A DNA stretch of 64,000 nt, from the NCBI GenBank assembly GCA_949296775.1, contig CASFQA010000003.1:47935-111934 (forward strand), in the 5' to 3' direction. Below the pieces are notes generated by a model. That model was not told the DNA's origin. It ran no database searches and saw nothing but the letters and a program-made list of their open reading frames with translations. The DNA is from an uncultured bacterium (GTDB lineage Bacteria > Bacillota_I > Bacilli_A > RFN20 > CAG-826). This document shows positions 1-8,229 of this stretch, piece by piece (the first letter of the stretch is position 1; each line of letters starts with the position of its first letter). The position numbers were made by a program, and so were the translations under genes.

Positions 1-2
1 TC

Positions 3-815
3 ATAAACAGCAGTGATAATGGTTTGAGCGCCGAGAAAACTTCTTACACTTTTGCGACTTTGCAACCCGGCGACCAATTCCCTCCCGCGGCTTCGATTCG
101 GCTAACCGCCGATAGCCGGTGGGCGGTATGCACCGCACTCAATGAGCGTTATACCAAAATCACCGTCGAAAACAGCGATGTTTTGCCTGATGGTTCAATC
201 AAATGGGGTATTGTGACCAAAGATGATTTAGGGATTGGAAACGAATCTAACGAGATTGCCGCCATCGACTTGACGTTGGACCGGGCGATGATTAAACCTG
301 GCCAAAGCAAGCTTAAGTTTGAGACCCGGGGACATAACGGCAGTAGCGGCGTCACCGGCAAGATCACGGCCATTTGCCTTGATATCGTCGTCAAGGAGTT
401 TGGCTCTATTGAGGTTGATACTTATACAGTCAATCTTAGTCTCGATCTTTCCGCGCTTCCTTCGATCATTGATGAGACAGGAACCGACGCGGCTTCTTTG
501 AGCTGGACAATCACCGATGCGGCGGAGGAAGCCGATGTCTACGGCTATTCCGCCGATTATTCCCGGAGCGTCGATTTCCAAGCTGATGATTCGATAACCC
601 GGATTTCGGATATGAAGTTCGCCGTCGGCCATAGTTATGACACTTGGGTGTTCATCGAAGGCGAGGTTCGGGTTTGGATTTCTCTTTTGCCGGATGACGA
701 AAGCAAAGATTACGTTTTGACCCCGAGGGAAGATAACGCCCAATCGGCTTTAACGGTTTCTAAGGATAACCTGACAATCAACGCCAAACTCGGCGATTAT
801 TTCTCGCTTAAGTAA
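3..815 (+). CDS. Hypothetical surface-protein C-terminal fragment, probably 5'-truncated at the window edge
   Basis: Open frame runs from nt 3 with no upstream stop, so the true start is likely outside the window. The ORF track begins at a TTG at 24. No recognisable catalytic motif. Confidence 0.45.
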   Translation: MNSSDNGLSAEKTSYTFATLQPGDQFPPAASIRLTADSRWAVCTALNERYTKITVENSDVLPDGSIKWGIVTKDDLGIGNESNEIAAIDLTLDRAMIKPGQSKLKFETRGHNGSSGVTGKITAICLDIVVKEFGSIEVDTYTVNLSLDLSALPSIIDETGTDAASLSWTITDAAEEADVYGYSADYSRSVDFQADDSITRISDMKFAVGHSYDTWVFIEGEVRVWISLLPDDESKDYVLTPREDNAQSALTVSKDNLTINAKLGDYFSLK

Positions 816-928
816 TTTAAACCTGCAATTTGTTTTTCAAAATAACGACGTTTTTGCCTATATTTTTCGCCTAAGTGCCATTTTTGCGCCCTTTTTGCTA
901 TAGTAAAAACACTTTAAGGAGGATCACG

Positions 929-1435
929 ATGACTATGCAATTAAGAGCGATTGAACTAGATGACCTTAAGCAACTTCAAATCATGCTAAAGGATTTTTGG
1001 TCAACTCAGTTGGTGGAGGCTTCGAAAGCCGATATCCTCGAGGATATACGTCGGATGCTGAGCCCGAAATGCTATTCCTATATCATCGATGTCGACGGGG
1101 AGGCGGCCGGCTTTATTCATGTGAATGAGAAATACGGTTACGTCAACAACATCGAATATCTTTATATTAAGCCCGAATATCGAGGGCAAGGCCTCGGCTC
1201 ATTTGCCCTTAACGAAATAAAGAAGATACTTTTCGCCGATGGTTTGGAACGCGTCCAAATTGAGGCTAATCCATCAAATCTAAAGGCCTTAAAGCTTTAT
1301 CATCGACTTGGCTTCGACAACATCGATACCTTGACATTATCGACCGAGATCATCGGCAAGACCGAAGTCAAAACCGTCTTTGGCCTCGATTTTAAAATCA
1401 ACGAGATAAATTTGTTCGCCCACAAAAAGAAGTGA
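929..1435 (+). CDS. GNAT family N-acetyltransferase
   Basis: GNAT motif A (RGQGLGSFALNEI...KALKLYHRLGF). AAGGAGG RBS at 916-922, 6 nt before the ATG at 929. The ORF-track start at 875 lacks an RBS. Confidence 0.85.
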   Translation: MTMQLRAIELDDLKQLQIMLKDFWSTQLVEASKADILEDIRRMLSPKCYSYIIDVDGEAAGFIHVNEKYGYVNNIEYLYIKPEYRGQGLGSFALNEIKKILFADGLERVQIEANPSNLKALKLYHRLGFDNIDTLTLSTEIIGKTEVKTVFGLDFKINEINLFAHKKK

Positions 1436-1458
1436 TACCTTCGTTGGCTTAAGGTCGT

Positions 1459-1833
1459 CTAGGCCAAGGATGGGAGCAAAAAGAAGGAACACATCTTCTC
1501 GATTTTCGCCTTGTCCGCCAAGCCGAATTCAAAGCAACGGGCCTTGATCTCGATTCCATCGAGCAGATCGGTGTAATAAATCCCGATTGGCTTTTCGCCG
1601 GCGATTTCCTTGATATATGGGAGGAGCTGAGTGAATGATGTCTTTTCCGACGGGTAATCAAGTTTGATGGCCATTTTGTATCCGAACAACCCCTTTTTAA
1701 CTTCGTCATAGCTCGGGTGGGCTTTTTGGCCATTCACGCCGCCAAGGTGGGCGGAGGAAACGCCAGGCAGGGTTTGGAAACGCGCCGTTTCCTCCTCAAT
1801 CCGATCGAAACTGATGTAGATGGTCTTCTTCAT
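1459..1833 (-). CDS. MsrA-like (peptide methionine sulfoxide reductase A fold) protein lacking the catalytic Cys motif
   Basis: Aligns to the MsrA core (xxLPGV...GG...P(S/T)Y(D/E)EV...G..(E/K)A(V/I)...DP...S(Y/F)..LL...YRSAIY-like IGIYY). The GCFWC/G active-site motif is replaced by ISFDR. 124 aa, shorter than canonical MsrA. Confidence 0.55.
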   Translation of the reverse strand: MKKTIYISFDRIEEETARFQTLPGVSSAHLGGVNGQKAHPSYDEVKKGLFGYKMAIKLDYPSEKTSFTQLLPYIKEIAGEKPIGIYYTDLLDGIEIKARCFEFGLADKAKIEKMCSFFLLPSLA

Positions 1834-1894
1834 AACGGGCGTTATTATAAGGCAACCTTTATTTATTCTTGCTAAAAAAGGATAATTCGCTCAT

Positions 1895-4291
1895 ATGAAG
1901 AAAAGCAAAGTCGATGATTTGGGGTTAACGATCGAAGAAGAGTTGCCCCTTCTTTACGGTGATGGAAACTGGAATTTCCATGGAGTGCCCTCGTTGGAAT
2001 TGCCGGGGGTCAGCATGCGCGATGGGCCGTTGGGATTAAGAATGTCCGATGTCTCGACCGCCTTAGATTCCAATGTGACCCTTCCCTCGACCTGTTACCC
2101 CTCGCCTTCTTTGTTGGCTTGTTCCTTCGATCCTTCGTTGATGGAGGAAGTCGGGTCATCAATGGGACGGGATTGCCGGCAAAATAAGGTGAATGTCCTT
2201 TTGGCTCCCGCCATCAACATCAAACGCAATCCTCTGTGCGGACGGAATTTCGAATATTACTCGGAAGACCCATATTTGACTGGCAAGCTGGCCAGCGGCT
2301 TCATCAAGGGCCTGCAAAAAGAAGGGGTCGGGGCTTGCCTTAAGCATTTCGCCTGCAACTCGCAGGAAAACGGAAGGATGGTCAATGATTCCATCGTCGA
2401 CGAACGGGCGCTGCATGAGCTTTACCTTAAAGGCTTTGAGATCGCCATCACCGAGGGTCGGCCTTGGACGTTGATGACGAGTTACAACAAAATCAACGGG
2501 ACTTACGTTTCCGATTCCGATTATCTGCTAAAGGATCTGCTTCGGAACGAATGGCATTATAACGGAGTCGTCATGTCGGATTGGGGCGGGACCGCCCATT
2601 TCGTTCGTTCCCATAATTATGGCTTGGATGTCGAGATGCCTTGCTTAATCGACCGAAGCAAGGATCTGCTTCGCGCCATTCGGGCGGGGAAACTCGACCG
2701 CCATGCGGTCAAAACCACCGCCGAGCGGATCATCGCTTTATCAAAACGAGTCAAAATCCAAAGCGATAAACCCTTTGATTATTCCGAGGATAAGGCGGCG
2801 GAAGTGGCTTTGCAAGCCGCGCTTAATTCCCTTGTCTTGCTTCAAAATGATGGCGTCCTTCCCCTAAAAAATGGGCTTGCTGACGCCGCGATCATCGGCT
2901 CGCTGGCCAAGCGGCTGCGGATTACCGGCGGCGGCTCTTCCTGCGTGAGCCCCCTTCACGAGGCCAGCTTCCTTGATTGCTTGAAAGACGATGAGCAGAA
3001 GAACTACGCCCCTGGGTACTCCTTTAATCCTAAAGACGACCAAGAGGCTTTGCGGATCGAGGCGGCTGATTTAGCGGCTAAGAAGCAAACGGTCATCTTG
3101 TTTTTGGGGTTAAGTGACCATAATGAATCGGAAGGGTTCGACCGGGAGACTTTATGTCTTCCCGAAGAGCAGCTTCGCCTTTTCGATTCCCTATACTCGG
3201 TCAATCAAAACATCATCGTCGTCTTAAACGTCGGTGCCCCGGTCGAACTGCCTTTCGCCGATAAATGCCGGGCGATATTGCTTTGCTATTTGCCGGGCCA
3301 AGAAGGGGGCGAGGCCATCCGGCGGATCATCGAGGGCGAGGCTTCCCCCTCGGGCAAACTGGCCGAGACCTGGCCGATTCATCTTTCCGATGTTCCCTCT
3401 TTCGGGTTTTACCCAGGGACGGAAGTCCAATCGATTTACCGGGAATCGATCTATGTCGGCTACCGTTATTATCTTTCCTGCGAGAAGAAGACCCGTTTCC
3501 CCTTTGGGCACGGCTTAAGCTATGGCAAATTCAAATACGGCAAGTTGACTCTTTCTGATAGAACCATCGAAGAGGGGAAGGAAGTCAAGGCCAGCATCGA
3601 GGTCACCAACTCCTCCGACGTCGCTTCCGCCTTGACGGTCATGCTTTTCCTTGAGCCGACCGAAGGCAATGTCTTTAAGGCCAAGCGGACCCTCATCGGG
3701 TTCCAAAAACAAACATTCGGCCCAAAAGAGACCAAAATTTACGAGTTCTCCATCCCATATATGGCTTTATCCCATTACGATATCGGCACCTCCGCTTTCT
3801 TAGTCGAAGGGGGTAAATACCAAATCGAGGCTTGCTCTGATGCTGAAACCGTCGAGTCAAAGGCCTGCCTAAAAGCCATCTCGCCTGATCAATTCGCTTC
3901 CAAGATGATGTCGATGCCGATTTATTATAACGTCCCCAAAGGCGGTTTCCTCCAATACGACAACGATTTCGAGGATTTGCTCGGTCACCATGTCTCCATT
4001 GCCAAGGACCCCCGGAGCCGCCCCTATACTTTGGATTCGACTTTCGGCGATATCTCCTCGACTTGGATTGGGAAGATATTGATGAAGAAGGCTCGAGCCA
4101 GTTTCCCCGTCGATGAGAATAACGGCTTCTCGATAATGGTTAGCCGTTCGATCGCCGCCACGCCGATAAGGAACATCGTGATGAACGGATATAGCCAAAA
4201 ATTCGCTTTGGCGGTGGTCGATTTCGCCAACGGGCATATGCTAAAAGGCTTATTTCATTTGCTGTTCGGGGTTCAGCGACGTGATCTTTGA
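1895..4291 (+). CDS. Glycoside hydrolase family 3 (beta-glucosidase/BglX-like) with C-terminal extension
   Basis: GH3 N-terminal domain motifs KHFACNSQE and VMSDWGG (catalytic Asp). GH3 C-domain and FnIII-like region (FGHGLSYGKF). Confidence 0.85.
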   Translation: MKKSKVDDLGLTIEEELPLLYGDGNWNFHGVPSLELPGVSMRDGPLGLRMSDVSTALDSNVTLPSTCYPSPSLLACSFDPSLMEEVGSSMGRDCRQNKVNVLLAPAINIKRNPLCGRNFEYYSEDPYLTGKLASGFIKGLQKEGVGACLKHFACNSQENGRMVNDSIVDERALHELYLKGFEIAITEGRPWTLMTSYNKINGTYVSDSDYLLKDLLRNEWHYNGVVMSDWGGTAHFVRSHNYGLDVEMPCLIDRSKDLLRAIRAGKLDRHAVKTTAERIIALSKRVKIQSDKPFDYSEDKAAEVALQAALNSLVLLQNDGVLPLKNGLADAAIIGSLAKRLRITGGGSSCVSPLHEASFLDCLKDDEQKNYAPGYSFNPKDDQEALRIEAADLAAKKQTVILFLGLSDHNESEGFDRETLCLPEEQLRLFDSLYSVNQNIIVVLNVGAPVELPFADKCRAILLCYLPGQEGGEAIRRIIEGEASPSGKLAETWPIHLSDVPSFGFYPGTEVQSIYRESIYVGYRYYLSCEKKTRFPFGHGLSYGKFKYGKLTLSDRTIEEGKEVKASIEVTNSSDVASALTVMLFLEPTEGNVFKAKRTLIGFQKQTFGPKETKIYEFSIPYMALSHYDIGTSAFLVEGGKYQIEACSDAETVESKACLKAISPDQFASKMMSMPIYYNVPKGGFLQYDNDFEDLLGHHVSIAKDPRSRPYTLDSTFGDISSTWIGKILMKKARASFPVDENNGFSIMVSRSIAATPIRNIVMNGYSQKFALAVVDFANGHMLKGLFHLLFGVQRRDL

Positions 4292-5207
4292 TTTTCTTTT
4301 CGGAAAGGCCCTTCAGAAGGTTTTTGGGAAGCGGGGCGATGGCTTAGCCAGTTTCCGTTATCCGCCGATCAGCTCTTTCGGGGTGAAGACCGAGCCTTTT
4401 TCCTTTCTTAGCGAAGGCACCCTCATCAATGGCGAGGTCGCCTATCCAAACGCCGATCCGCGAGGCTTAGTCGTCTTCTTTCATGGGTTGGGGGCCGGTT
4501 ATACCGCCTATTCCCAGGAAATCGCCTATTATGCCCGTAATGGCTATTTGGTTTATGCCTTCGACTACCACGGCTGCATGACTTCATTGGGGCGGGATAT
4601 GGTTGATCTTGGTCATCCCCTGCTTGACCAAAAGGCCTTTTTCGCCTATTTAGACGCCCAAGAAGCGGCGAAAGGGTTGGCCCGTTATTCGATCGGCCAT
4701 TCTTGGGGCGGGTATCTTTCTTCGGCCGCCTTGGCCTTTCCGGAGTACCGGATCGAGAAAGCCATATCATTCGCCGGCTTCCTCGATATTGCCTCGATCA
4801 TCTTATATAGCGCCCCGACCCTTAAGAAAATGAAAGGGCGGATCAGCGCTTATTTTTCCAGCCGCTACGGAGCGGTGGCGGGCTCTTCGATCATCGAGGT
4901 GGCGAGGGCAAGCGGGAAGCCGTTGCTCTATATCCAAGGAGACGAGGATACGATGGTGCCCTTTTCCGATAGTTTGCTCGCCCTCCGGGAAGCGGGGCTG
5001 CCCAACGTTGAGACGGTGGTGGCAAATAGGCGGGGCCATCAACCGTATTGGAAAATAGAAAGCTATCGTTATTTCAAGCAGATCAACGAGCAATACAAGC
5101 CCGGTTCCTACGACCGTGACCCTAATTTCTTCATTGATTATGCTCGACTTCAGCAAGACGACCCGATAATTATGAAAAGGACAATCGACTTTTTGAAACT
5201 AGGGTAG
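4281..5207 (+). CDS. Alpha/beta-hydrolase (esterase/dienelactone-hydrolase-like)
   Basis: VVFFHGLGAGY oxyanion region and GHSWGG nucleophile elbow. Overlaps the GH3 stop by 11 nt, suggesting translational coupling. Confidence 0.7.
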   Translation: MIFDFLFGKALQKVFGKRGDGLASFRYPPISSFGVKTEPFSFLSEGTLINGEVAYPNADPRGLVVFFHGLGAGYTAYSQEIAYYARNGYLVYAFDYHGCMTSLGRDMVDLGHPLLDQKAFFAYLDAQEAAKGLARYSIGHSWGGYLSSAALAFPEYRIEKAISFAGFLDIASIILYSAPTLKKMKGRISAYFSSRYGAVAGSSIIEVARASGKPLLYIQGDEDTMVPFSDSLLALREAGLPNVETVVANRRGHQPYWKIESYRYFKQINEQYKPGSYDRDPNFFIDYARLQQDDPIIMKRTIDFLKLG

Positions 5208-5222
5208 TAGAATACCGCCCGT

Positions 5223-5308
5223 GCACTGGTGGCGGAACTGGTATACGCGCTAGTCTCAGGAGCTAGTCGGGCTTCCCGGTGTGAGTTCAAATCTCATCCA
5301 GTGCACCA
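5223..5308 (+). tRNA. tRNA-Leu(CAG), class II with long variable arm
   Basis: Near-identical in layout to E. coli tRNA-Leu(CAG): GCACTGG acceptor, GGTGGCGGAAcTGGTAtACGCG D-arm, anticodon loop CTCAGGA, long variable arm, GTTCAAAT T-loop, encoded CCA. Confidence 0.85.
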
Positions 5309-5320
5309 TATAATTGGCTG

Positions 5321-5397
5321 CTGCGCTCATAGCTCAGTTGGATAGAGTGCAAGCCTCCGAAGCTTGAGGTCGGGCGTTCGAGTCGCCCTGGGCGCGC
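5321..5397 (+). tRNA. tRNA-Arg(CCG)
   Basis: GCGCTCATAGCTCAGTTGGATAGAG...anticodon stem CAAGC/GCTTG with loop CTCCGAA, GTTCGAGTC T-loop, CCA encoded. Confidence 0.85.
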
Positions 5398-5410
5398 CAA
5401 ATTGAAAATA

Positions 5411-5436
5411 ACCTCGATTAGTTCGAGGTTTTTTTG
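5411..5436 (+). terminator. Rho-independent terminator after the tRNA pair
   Basis: Stem CCTCGA/TCGAGG with loop TTAGT, followed by T8. Confidence 0.6.
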
Positions 5437-5489
5437 TTTAATAGACGGATAAATATAAAGGTCTTTGCGTGTTGCTTCCGCTTTCTATC

Positions 5490-6161
5490 CTAACGCCAGT
5501 TTCCCAAAGCCCATGCGATGCCTTTGGCCATTCGCCTCTCGCCGTCGACGAAATGATTGCCGTGGTTCATCTCGAATATCGTCTTGATTCCTTTTTCCTC
5601 CAAAAAGCGGCGGAAGGCTAAGGTATTGTCCTCGACCGGCTGGAGAATCCTGTTTTTCGTTTTCTTTTCCTTATCCCCTAAAGACAAGTAGACGGAATTG
5701 ACGGTAGGGGAAAGCCGATTCTTTCTCGCAAAGTCCAGGAAGCCTGGATACCAAAGCGAACCCGAGGCTGATACTAAGGATGCGAAGCGGTCGGTCTTAA
5801 AACCGGCGTATAAAGCGAATAAGCCCCCTAGCGAATAGCCGGCGATGATCCTTACTTTTGGCTTCAGCCCATTATTTCCTTCCAAAGAGGGCAAAAGCTT
5901 CTCCAGCAGATAAGCGAGGTATTCATCGGCTTTCCCTTGGCAGGGGGTGTCGTTTTGGCTGATCCTTTCGATGGGCCAAGGGGTCAGGTCATCGTCCCAA
6001 CGGAGGTTGGAAATGACGACGAGGTTGGCTTCAGGGGCTTGGAGTTTTCCTAATTCTTCCTTGATGGCTGCCCCGTCCTTCATATAGGAATTGAGGACGA
6101 CCAAAGGGAGACTCGGATCGGAACCGAGGAACGTTTCAAGCGTCAAATCATCTCTTTCCAT
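5490..6161 (-). CDS. Esterase family protein (PF00756-like 'putative esterase'/Fes-IroE-like a/b-hydrolase)
   Basis: IIAGYSLGGLFALYA nucleophile elbow. Start overlaps the stop of the upstream adenylation-GNAT gene by 14 nt. Confidence 0.65.
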   Translation of the reverse strand: MERDDLTLETFLGSDPSLPLVVLNSYMKDGAAIKEELGKLQAPEANLVVISNLRWDDDLTPWPIERISQNDTPCQGKADEYLAYLLEKLLPSLEGNNGLKPKVRIIAGYSLGGLFALYAGFKTDRFASLVSASGSLWYPGFLDFARKNRLSPTVNSVYLSLGDKEKKTKNRILQPVEDNTLAFRRFLEEKGIKTIFEMNHGNHFVDGERRMAKGIAWALGNWR

Positions 6162-8028
6162 CAGGTCTATAGAACATGTAGTAGTTCTTCAGCTCAAAGC
6201 CGAGCTTTTGATACAACGGGCGGCCGGCCCTTGATGACTCGAGGTAGATTTTGCCGACTCCAGCCTGTTTAGCTTCTTCCATCAGTTTTTTCATGATCAG
6301 TCGGCCAAACCCGCGTTTCCGCAGCGACTCATCGACGTAGACGTTCATCAAAAACGCCACCTTGCCGGATTTATTCTCCGGGGATGGGAGTTCTTTTTGA
6401 TAGCATATATCCCCCGATCCGACGATTCTTTCGCCATCGAATAAGCCATAGGCTACATGGCGGAGGTTCCGACATCCCTCGATAAATTCCTGCTTGTTGC
6501 CCTCTTTGATCTTTGCTTGCTCTTCATTGCTATAGACCGAATAGCAGGCGAATACTTCCTTAAGCACCTTCTGCCTTTGGTCGGCCCAGGCTTCGGCTTC
6601 GTTCAGCCCGAATTTTCGTAAATTGAAGCGCAGGGACCGTCGATCGAGCTTACCGTTTTCGGTCAAAGGCATCTTGGGCAAGAAAACGAAATGCTCCGGA
6701 ATCATATAAGGAGGCAGATAAGCGCTTAGCTCATCTTTAATCTGCTCTTCCTTAAAAGGGGAGACCAAACAGGCTTTAAGGTGGGCTAATCCTTCCTCAT
6801 CGTAAACGGCGACGACCGCGGCCTCGCTTGCCAGCCCTTTGTTCAGGATGAGGTTTTCAACCTCCATCGGCTCGACCCGTTTGCCATAGATCATGACCTG
6901 AGCATCATTCCGCTTGAGGAAGTTGAGGTCGCCCTCTTCGTCGTAATAGGCGAGGTCGCCGCTTCGGAAGGACGGAACGCCATCGATCGTAAGATATCCT
7001 TGGCGGAGATTGCCGACGTAGCCTAAGCCTACCCCGGCCCCCTGGATGATGATCTCGCCTATTTGGTTCGGCTTATTTATCCTCTGCCCGTCTTTTTCCA
7101 AATAGACCTGATACCCTTCGATGCCTTTTCCGATTGGGAAGGTCCCATCCGGATTGGGCGTTTTCACCGTGGAATCGCAATAGGTGCAGCAAACGGTGGT
7201 CTCGCTTGGGCCATAGGTGTTGTAAACCTTAAACCGCTTCCGGATTTTATCGACGTAAGAAGCCCGCAAAACATCACCACCGGAGATGAATAAACGGAAA
7301 CAGCCCGGCAAATCGTCTCGGGAATTCCATTCTTTGAACAAATAGGGGAAGGAAGAAACGACAGTTACCTCTTTTTCTTCGCAAAACTTTAATAAACGTT
7401 CAGTATTTTGCTTGGTTTCATCGTTTGGGATTGCGAGGCTCGCCCCGTTAAGAAGGGAAGCGAAAACCTCTTCGGTGAAGATATCGAAGGTACATACCGA
7501 ATGCTGCAGAAAAGTGTCGGTATTCCTTAGATGGAATTCGTTTTGGAAGGCTTTGACGTAGCCGAGGATATTGTCTTCGGCGATCATCACTCCCTTCGGT
7601 TTGCCAGTTGAGCCGGAGGTGAAGAGGATATAGGCTAATCCGTGAACGCCTTTGGGCTCCTTGGGCTGATCAGGGCTCCATATTCCGATTTGAGGCAAAG
7701 AAGGGCAGAACTGAGGGCTCGGCGCATCGAGGAAGAGGCAATCGGCTTGGCCGATCCCCATCATCTTTTCGATTCGTTTGCTAGGGAAGTCGGGCTCAGC
7801 GATGATATAGGCGAGACCCGATTTCAAGGCGGCGAAGATGGCAGCGAGTTGCTGCGGCCCATGTTTCATGACGATCCCGACTCGTTTCGCTTCCAAGGGT
7901 ATCTTGCGGCTGAAATGCTCAATCAAGCTCAAAAAGTCGGAGTAGGTATAGTCTTTTTCCTCCGTCTTGAGGCAAATAGCGCTTGGGGCGCCATTCGCGA
8001 TGGATAGCAGACGTTCGTAAATTTTCAT
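6148..8028 (-). CDS. Stand-alone NRPS-type amino-acid adenylation (ANL) domain fused to a C-terminal GNAT acetyltransferase domain. No PCP/thiolation domain.
   Basis: A-domain core motifs A3 LAYILFTSGSTGKPKGV, A5 NTYGPSETTV, A7 FRSGDLAYY, A8 KRNDAQVMIYGKRVEPMEVE and A10 ENGKLDRR. The C-terminal 150 aa carry a GNAT motif (RKRGFGRLIMKKLMEEAKQAGVGKIYL...YQKLGFE). No DxFFxLGGHS PCP motif. Confidence 0.8.
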   Translation of the reverse strand: MKIYERLLSIANGAPSAICLKTEEKDYTYSDFLSLIEHFSRKIPLEAKRVGIVMKHGPQQLAAIFAALKSGLAYIIAEPDFPSKRIEKMMGIGQADCLFLDAPSPQFCPSLPQIGIWSPDQPKEPKGVHGLAYILFTSGSTGKPKGVMIAEDNILGYVKAFQNEFHLRNTDTFLQHSVCTFDIFTEEVFASLLNGASLAIPNDETKQNTERLLKFCEEKEVTVVSSFPYLFKEWNSRDDLPGCFRLFISGGDVLRASYVDKIRKRFKVYNTYGPSETTVCCTYCDSTVKTPNPDGTFPIGKGIEGYQVYLEKDGQRINKPNQIGEIIIQGAGVGLGYVGNLRQGYLTIDGVPSFRSGDLAYYDEEGDLNFLKRNDAQVMIYGKRVEPMEVENLILNKGLASEAAVVAVYDEEGLAHLKACLVSPFKEEQIKDELSAYLPPYMIPEHFVFLPKMPLTENGKLDRRSLRFNLRKFGLNEAEAWADQRQKVLKEVFACYSVYSNEEQAKIKEGNKQEFIEGCRNLRHVAYGLFDGERIVGSGDICYQKELPSPENKSGKVAFLMNVYVDESLRKRGFGRLIMKKLMEEAKQAGVGKIYLESSRAGRPLYQKLGFELKNYYMFYRPDGKR

Positions 8029-8104
8029 CTTATTATTTTAGACTTTTTTCTCTTGGATAAAAACCTAATGAGAGATATATAGAAATAGGAATAATCAAAC
8101 AGTC

Positions 8105-8146
8105 TTTGAAATAAGTTCAATGTCTCATTGAAGTGACTTTGAAGTA
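8105..8146. repeat. 42-bp perfect direct repeat, copy 1 (second copy at 9669-9710). Contains the palindrome TTCAATGtctCATTGAA at 8116-8132.
   Basis: Sequence tttgaaataagttcaatgtctcattgaagtgactttgaagta is identical at both positions. The preceding 4 nt also match except for one base. Confidence 0.9.
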
Positions 8147-8194
8147 GACATTGAAGTGAGATTGAAGTAAACATTGAAATTACATTGAAAACTT
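8127..8194. repeat. Six degenerate tandem 11-12-bp units (A/T)TTGAAGTnnnC, followed by ACTTGGT x2, upstream of the AlbA_2 gene
   Basis: The six units read attgaagtgac, tttgaagtagac, attgaagtgag, attgaagtaaac, attgaaattac and attgaaaactt. The array is iteron-like and sits in the divergent promoter region. Confidence 0.8.
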
Positions 8195-8229
8195 GGTCGA
8201 ACTTGGTAACATATTACTGAGGTTAATTT

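Noticed and set aside
3224-4237. Internal and antisense ORFs within the GH3 gene (3224-3511 -, 3234-3558 +, 3869-4237 -)
   Set aside because: They are nested in a gene with clear GH3 catalytic motifs. They have no RBS and encode low-complexity products.
5223-5308. Possible tRNA-Sec (anticodon TCA within ...TCTCAGG...), suggested by its long variable arm
   Set aside because: With U33 and purine-37 correctly placed, the anticodon is CAG. The molecule has a 7-bp acceptor stem and is near-identical in layout to tRNA-Leu(CAG). No selA/selB or SECIS context is visible.
8127-8194. Tandem short repeats considered as a CRISPR array
   Set aside because: The units are only 11-12 bp, contiguous with no spacers, and degenerate. 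This fits an iteron or operator array and does not fit CRISPR. No cas genes are present.
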